From positions 50,891-114,890 of IMG/VR virus record IMGVR_UViG_3300026097_001055: DNA of 64,000 nucleotides, one strand, 5' to 3'. Source of the stretch: a virus. The notes below the pieces were generated by a model. It saw only the letters and a program-made list of their open reading frames with translations, was not told the DNA's origin and did no database searches. Within the stretch, counting starts at the first letter, position 1. Each line of letters begins with the position of its first letter. Positions 61,100-64,000 of this stretch are shown here, piece after piece. A program made the position numbers and the translations under genes.

Positions 61100-61464
61100 A
61101 ATAAATTAATTTGACGAGTTGGTTCTTTTTTAAACTTAGCAGGTTTTTTTCTTTTTTTGTTTTTAACGGGTAAATCTTTTTTGTTTAAAACCTTTGCTTT
61201 TTTCATTTCAAGCCTATAAGCATTAATATTATTTAATAATGATACAGCATGTATTGGCATCACTTTACTTAAGTTTATCTTATAATTTCTACTATCAATA
61301 CGAGAAACATATTTCAGTTCTACTAACTGTGATATAACACTATTATTAATTTTATTTTCTTTTACTAATTTATAAAAATCAGAAGTATTAATAGTTTTTC
61401 TTTTACTTAACTTTTCTAAAAAATCAGTATATTTTTCAATTGTAACTTTTCTTGATTTATTCAT
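61072..61464 (-). CDS. Basic hypothetical protein (possible winged helix)
   Basis: 130 aa, Lys-rich. Confidence 0.6.
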   Translation of the reverse strand: MNKSRKVTIEKYTDFLEKLSKRKTINTSDFYKLVKENKINNSVISQLVELKYVSRIDSRNYKINLSKVMPIHAVSLLNNINAYRLEMKKAKVLNKKDLPVKNKKRKKPAKFKKEPTRQINLLWGLISLKF

Positions 61465-62000
61465 TTTTTTATTATTAGTTTTAACTTATTTATATAGTTA
61501 TTATCTTGAGCATAGCATCTCTTAAGGTACTCAAAATAATCTTCTTTATTAGAGTAATTTCCATATTTACTTTGCCATAAAGCATAATCTAAAACAGAAC
61601 TTTTCCAATCACTATAAACTGCATGTCCTTTATTTACAGCTATGCAAGTTGTAGGTCTTTGATAAGCCTTTTTCATTCCAAATAAATTATTATTTTCTTT
61701 AAATATATTAGATTTAAAATGACCTGTTTCTTGTATAGCCTGAGCTATAATAATATCAGGATGTTTTAAATTCAAACTATGTATATAGTCTTTTAAAGAT
61801 TTTAATGAAAAACTATCCTCAATTTCTACTGTATTACTTACAGCAACTTTATCAACTTCTACAACCTTTTTTTCAATTTTAGGTTCTTTAAAAAAGCTAA
61901 AGGAATAACCTAATATTAAAATAAAAAATGTAAATAAAATAAAATTAAGTTTTTTAAACTTAAAATATTTATGCTTTTCTAGTTTTTGTTTATAAATCAT
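61461..62000 (-). CDS. Membrane-anchored GH73 glucosaminidase (peptidoglycan hydrolase)
   Basis: N-terminal TM FILFTFFILILGYSFSFF; AQAIQETG, NNLFGMK and YAQDNNY motifs. Confidence 0.85.
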   Translation of the reverse strand: MIYKQKLEKHKYFKFKKLNFILFTFFILILGYSFSFFKEPKIEKKVVEVDKVAVSNTVEIEDSFSLKSLKDYIHSLNLKHPDIIIAQAIQETGHFKSNIFKENNNLFGMKKAYQRPTTCIAVNKGHAVYSDWKSSVLDYALWQSKYGNYSNKEDYFEYLKRCYAQDNNYINKLKLIIKK

Positions 62001-62011
62001 AATTTAAATAA

Positions 62012-62479
62012 TTAATTACTAATCTTTTTTAATGCGTTTTCAATTAAATTTACAAGAAAACTTTCTTTAGATATATTCTGATTTGAAGATAATTTACTAA
62101 TCTTATCATAAGATTCAGGCTTTAAAGTTTTAATATTAATACTTTTTGTTACAAATTTACTTTTATTAGAAAAATTAGAATCTGAAAAAGTATAAGGAAA
62201 TTTTTCTATTAATAGTTTTGTATTTCTAATAAAGTTCTTGTCTTTACATTCTATTAATAAAGTATAAGCATGAAACTTACAAGTACTTACAGTAGATCTG
62301 TCTATTGAGAATATACTTGCTAAGTCTTCTTCCGTATAATTAAATTTTTGATAAAGTAAAGCAATAACATAATTACGGGGATCTAAATATTCTATTTTTC
62401 TAGTTTTTTTAATACCGTAATGCATTTTAAACCAACTTATTACATCTTCATCAGTATAATCATAATTTTTTTTTTCCAT
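62012..62479 (-). CDS. DNA-binding protein: DnaA-C-terminal-like HTH plus possible ribbon-helix-helix
   Basis: Likely start at 62479 (MEKK). RKIEYLDPRNY...TEEDLASIFSIDRSTVS; C-terminal SYDKISKLSSNQNISKESFLVNLIENAL. Confidence 0.55.
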   Translation of the reverse strand: MEKKNYDYTDEDVISWFKMHYGIKKTRKIEYLDPRNYVIALLYQKFNYTEEDLASIFSIDRSTVSTCKFHAYTLLIECKDKNFIRNTKLLIEKFPYTFSDSNFSNKSKFVTKSINIKTLKPESYDKISKLSSNQNISKESFLVNLIENALKKISN

Positions 62480-62654
62480 AATAAAAGTATAAAAGGCCGG
62501 GACCATACAAAATAACATTTTTACCTGAATCAAAACCTATCTCTAAGGCTTTTAAAGTTTTATCCATAAACACAAACTGATCGGTTGTTTGTAAATTTTC
62601 AGTAATGTCTAATACTTCTTCTTTTTTTGTTTTTGCAGCCTTTTTAGTTGCCAT
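62460..62654 (-). pseudogene. Truncated AAA-ATPase remnant (breaks inside Walker A)
   Basis: FVFMDKTLKALEIGFDSGKNVILYGPG, then abrupt loss of the G-x-G-K-[ST] continuation. Confidence 0.6.
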
Positions 62655-62738
62655 TTTTTTGTAATTAAATTAATAAAATAAGATACAGTCATTTATTGAC
62701 TAATCATTCATATACATAAGTATTTATTATTTAGATCC

Positions 62739-63110
62739 TTAAGTAGGATCTTCAGTAGACTCATCATCTGATGAGGATGATCCTGGATTAAATCCTTTAA
62801 GCAAATCTAAAATCATAGATGATCCTATACCTGATTCTTTCCTAGCCATTTGATCACCTATAAATTTACCATAAGTAAATAACAAAAAGCTAAGCTCGTT
62901 TACATGTTTAACTTTTATAGATAAATTATAAAGATCATCTGTTATTTTAGGATGATCCTTTACTTTATTTGTTTCTAAAGTTTCTTTTAGAATTGTTAGT
63001 AATTCATCAGTTCTTTCATCTGTTATACCTAAAGCTTCTGTTATGTTTTCAGATTCAGGCTCAAACAATAAAACTTCTAAGAAAGAAGTTGTTTTTTTAA
63101 TTTTTTCCAT
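62739..63110 (-). CDS. Hypothetical protein
   Basis: Likely ATG start at 63110; EALGITDER motif; S/D-rich tail. Confidence 0.65.
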   Translation of the reverse strand: MEKIKKTTSFLEVLLFEPESENITEALGITDERTDELLTILKETLETNKVKDHPKITDDLYNLSIKVKHVNELSFLLFTYGKFIGDQMARKESGIGSSMILDLLKGFNPGSSSSDDESTEDPT

Positions 63111-63120
63111 AGGGTATAAA

Positions 63121-63152
63121 TAAAAATAGTGCACTAATTGAGCGCACTATTT
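63121..63152 (-). terminator. Intrinsic terminator
   Basis: Minus strand AAATAGTGCGCT-CAATT-AGTGCACTATTTTTATTT. Confidence 0.65.
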
Positions 63153-63181
63153 GTTTATTACTACAAGAGTATTATTACTCT

Positions 63182-63451
63182 TTATTCAATATGCAAAGGT
63201 ATATCATAATTTACATTTCCATACTTAACCTGTTCCTCATAATGTTCTTCTGGTACAAATCTTTCTGCATCCCAATAACCATAAGGAAAATTATTTTCTG
63301 ATAAAGGTTTTTCTTCTAATGAAAAAGCAATTTTATTACCTATTTTAAGCTTTACAACTTTGATAACTGTGTACTTTTCACCTGCTTTAACCCATTCCTT
63401 TTCAGATATTTGGTCAGGTCTATCTGCATCATTTATACAAACTACATGCAT
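63182..63451 (-). CDS. Hypothetical protein (SH3-like beta fold possible)
   Basis: VVCIND...GEKYTV...AERF. Confidence 0.6.
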   Translation of the reverse strand: MHVVCINDADRPDQISEKEWVKAGEKYTVIKVVKLKIGNKIAFSLEEKPLSENNFPYGYWDAERFVPEEHYEEQVKYGNVNYDIPLHIE

Positions 63452-63687
63452 AACTCTTTAGTTTTTATATTAAGACCATAGTCAATTAATACTTTTGATA
63501 CTTCTGTTACATCAAAATAATCTCCTGAATAAATGTCACATTTACCTTTATGATGAGCTATTAGAGCACATTGTTCTGCTTGTTCATGTACATGATTACA
63601 TACTTTAACTAAACAAGCCATTATGAAATGAAAATTGTGTTTATCATCATTTTCAAGAATGAGTTGATACTTTTTATCATTATCCAT
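63442..63687 (-). CDS. clpS: ATP-dependent Clp protease adaptor ClpS-like protein
   Basis: LILENDDKHNF...LVKVCNH...QAEQCALIAHHKGKC signature. Confidence 0.8.
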   Translation of the reverse strand: MDNDKKYQLILENDDKHNFHFIMACLVKVCNHVHEQAEQCALIAHHKGKCDIYSGDYFDVTEVSKVLIDYGLNIKTKELCM

Positions 63688-63717
63688 AATAATTAATTTT
63701 AAATAAAGACTTTAATA

Positions 63718-64000
63718 CTAATATAAGCTAATATTAAAGTCTTTCCAAATTATTTTGTCACTATCTAAACCGGCTAGTGCTTCAGTAACCCATTGCTCAT
63801 CAATAGTCCCCTCATAACAAAGTATGTGTATAACTGCTTGATCATCAGGATTTAATCTGAGAAGCCTACCTATCCTTTGTGAACTCTTACGCTCATTGCC
63901 ATAAGAATGAAGAATCAAACCTTGCCTAAGATTAGGTATGTTTATACCTTCACTCAATTGCAATACACAACTTAATTCTTTTATCTGACCGGTTTTAAAC
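63718..64000 (-). CDS. Superfamily 2 helicase C-terminus (UvsW/XPB-like), partial
   Basis: QLSEGINIP (motif V) and QRIGRLLR (motif VI); frame open to the window edge. Confidence 0.85.
   Translation of the reverse strand, partial: FKTGQIKELSCVLQLSEGINIPNLRQGLILHSYGNERKSSQRIGRLLRLNPDDQAVIHILCYEGTIDEQWVTEALAGLDSDKIIWKDFNISLY

Noticed and set aside
1-64000. Stop-codon reassignment as seen in some crAss-like phages
   Set aside because: Multi-kb ORFs are intact under code 11, and TAG/TGA end genes at tight junctions. The single TAA in the endonuclease is better explained as a mutation.
1-64000. CRISPR array, tRNA, rRNA, DGR/reverse transcriptase, integrase
   Set aside because: No repeat-spacer pattern, cloverleaf or RT/recombinase motifs seen; intergenic gaps are mostly too short.

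Overview
AT-rich, densely coding phage DNA that reads as a crAss-like (Crassvirales-related) phage of a Bacteroidota host. Evidence: a giant virion RNA polymerase with the DFDID motif, Bacteroidota-type TAnnTTTG promoter elements, A-rich start contexts without Shine-Dalgarno, and standard genetic code. Two convergent blocks meet at a terminator near 37.9 kb. Plus strand, 1-37.9 kb: the end of a tail gene, three low-complexity internal virion proteins punctuated by about 20 [AFYML]-x-x-G-G motifs, and four giant ejection proteins, including a 3545-aa single-chain RNAP with a zincin domain and a ~2750-aa polyvalent protein. Minus strand, 38-64 kb: replication, recombination and accessory genes. 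These include PolB split by a group I (IA2-type) intron with a nonsense-truncated GIY-YIG endonuclease, PD-(D/E)XK exonuclease, MoxR-like AAA + vWA pair, RuvC-like resolvase, primase, Sak4-like ATPase, DnaB, UDG, GH73 glucosaminidase, ClpS and an SF2 helicase. Most striking signal: the three consecutive giant proteins (~7,940 aa in total) carry only four cysteines, all at facing termini (...EEIC / MKC... and ...INKC / MSERC...), which suggests a head-to-tail disulfide-linked chain of ejected proteins. Also notable: the double-glycine motif system, and a palindrome placed exactly 37 bp ahead of a -7-like element upstream of two structural genes. All calls come from reading motifs by eye; no database searches were run.
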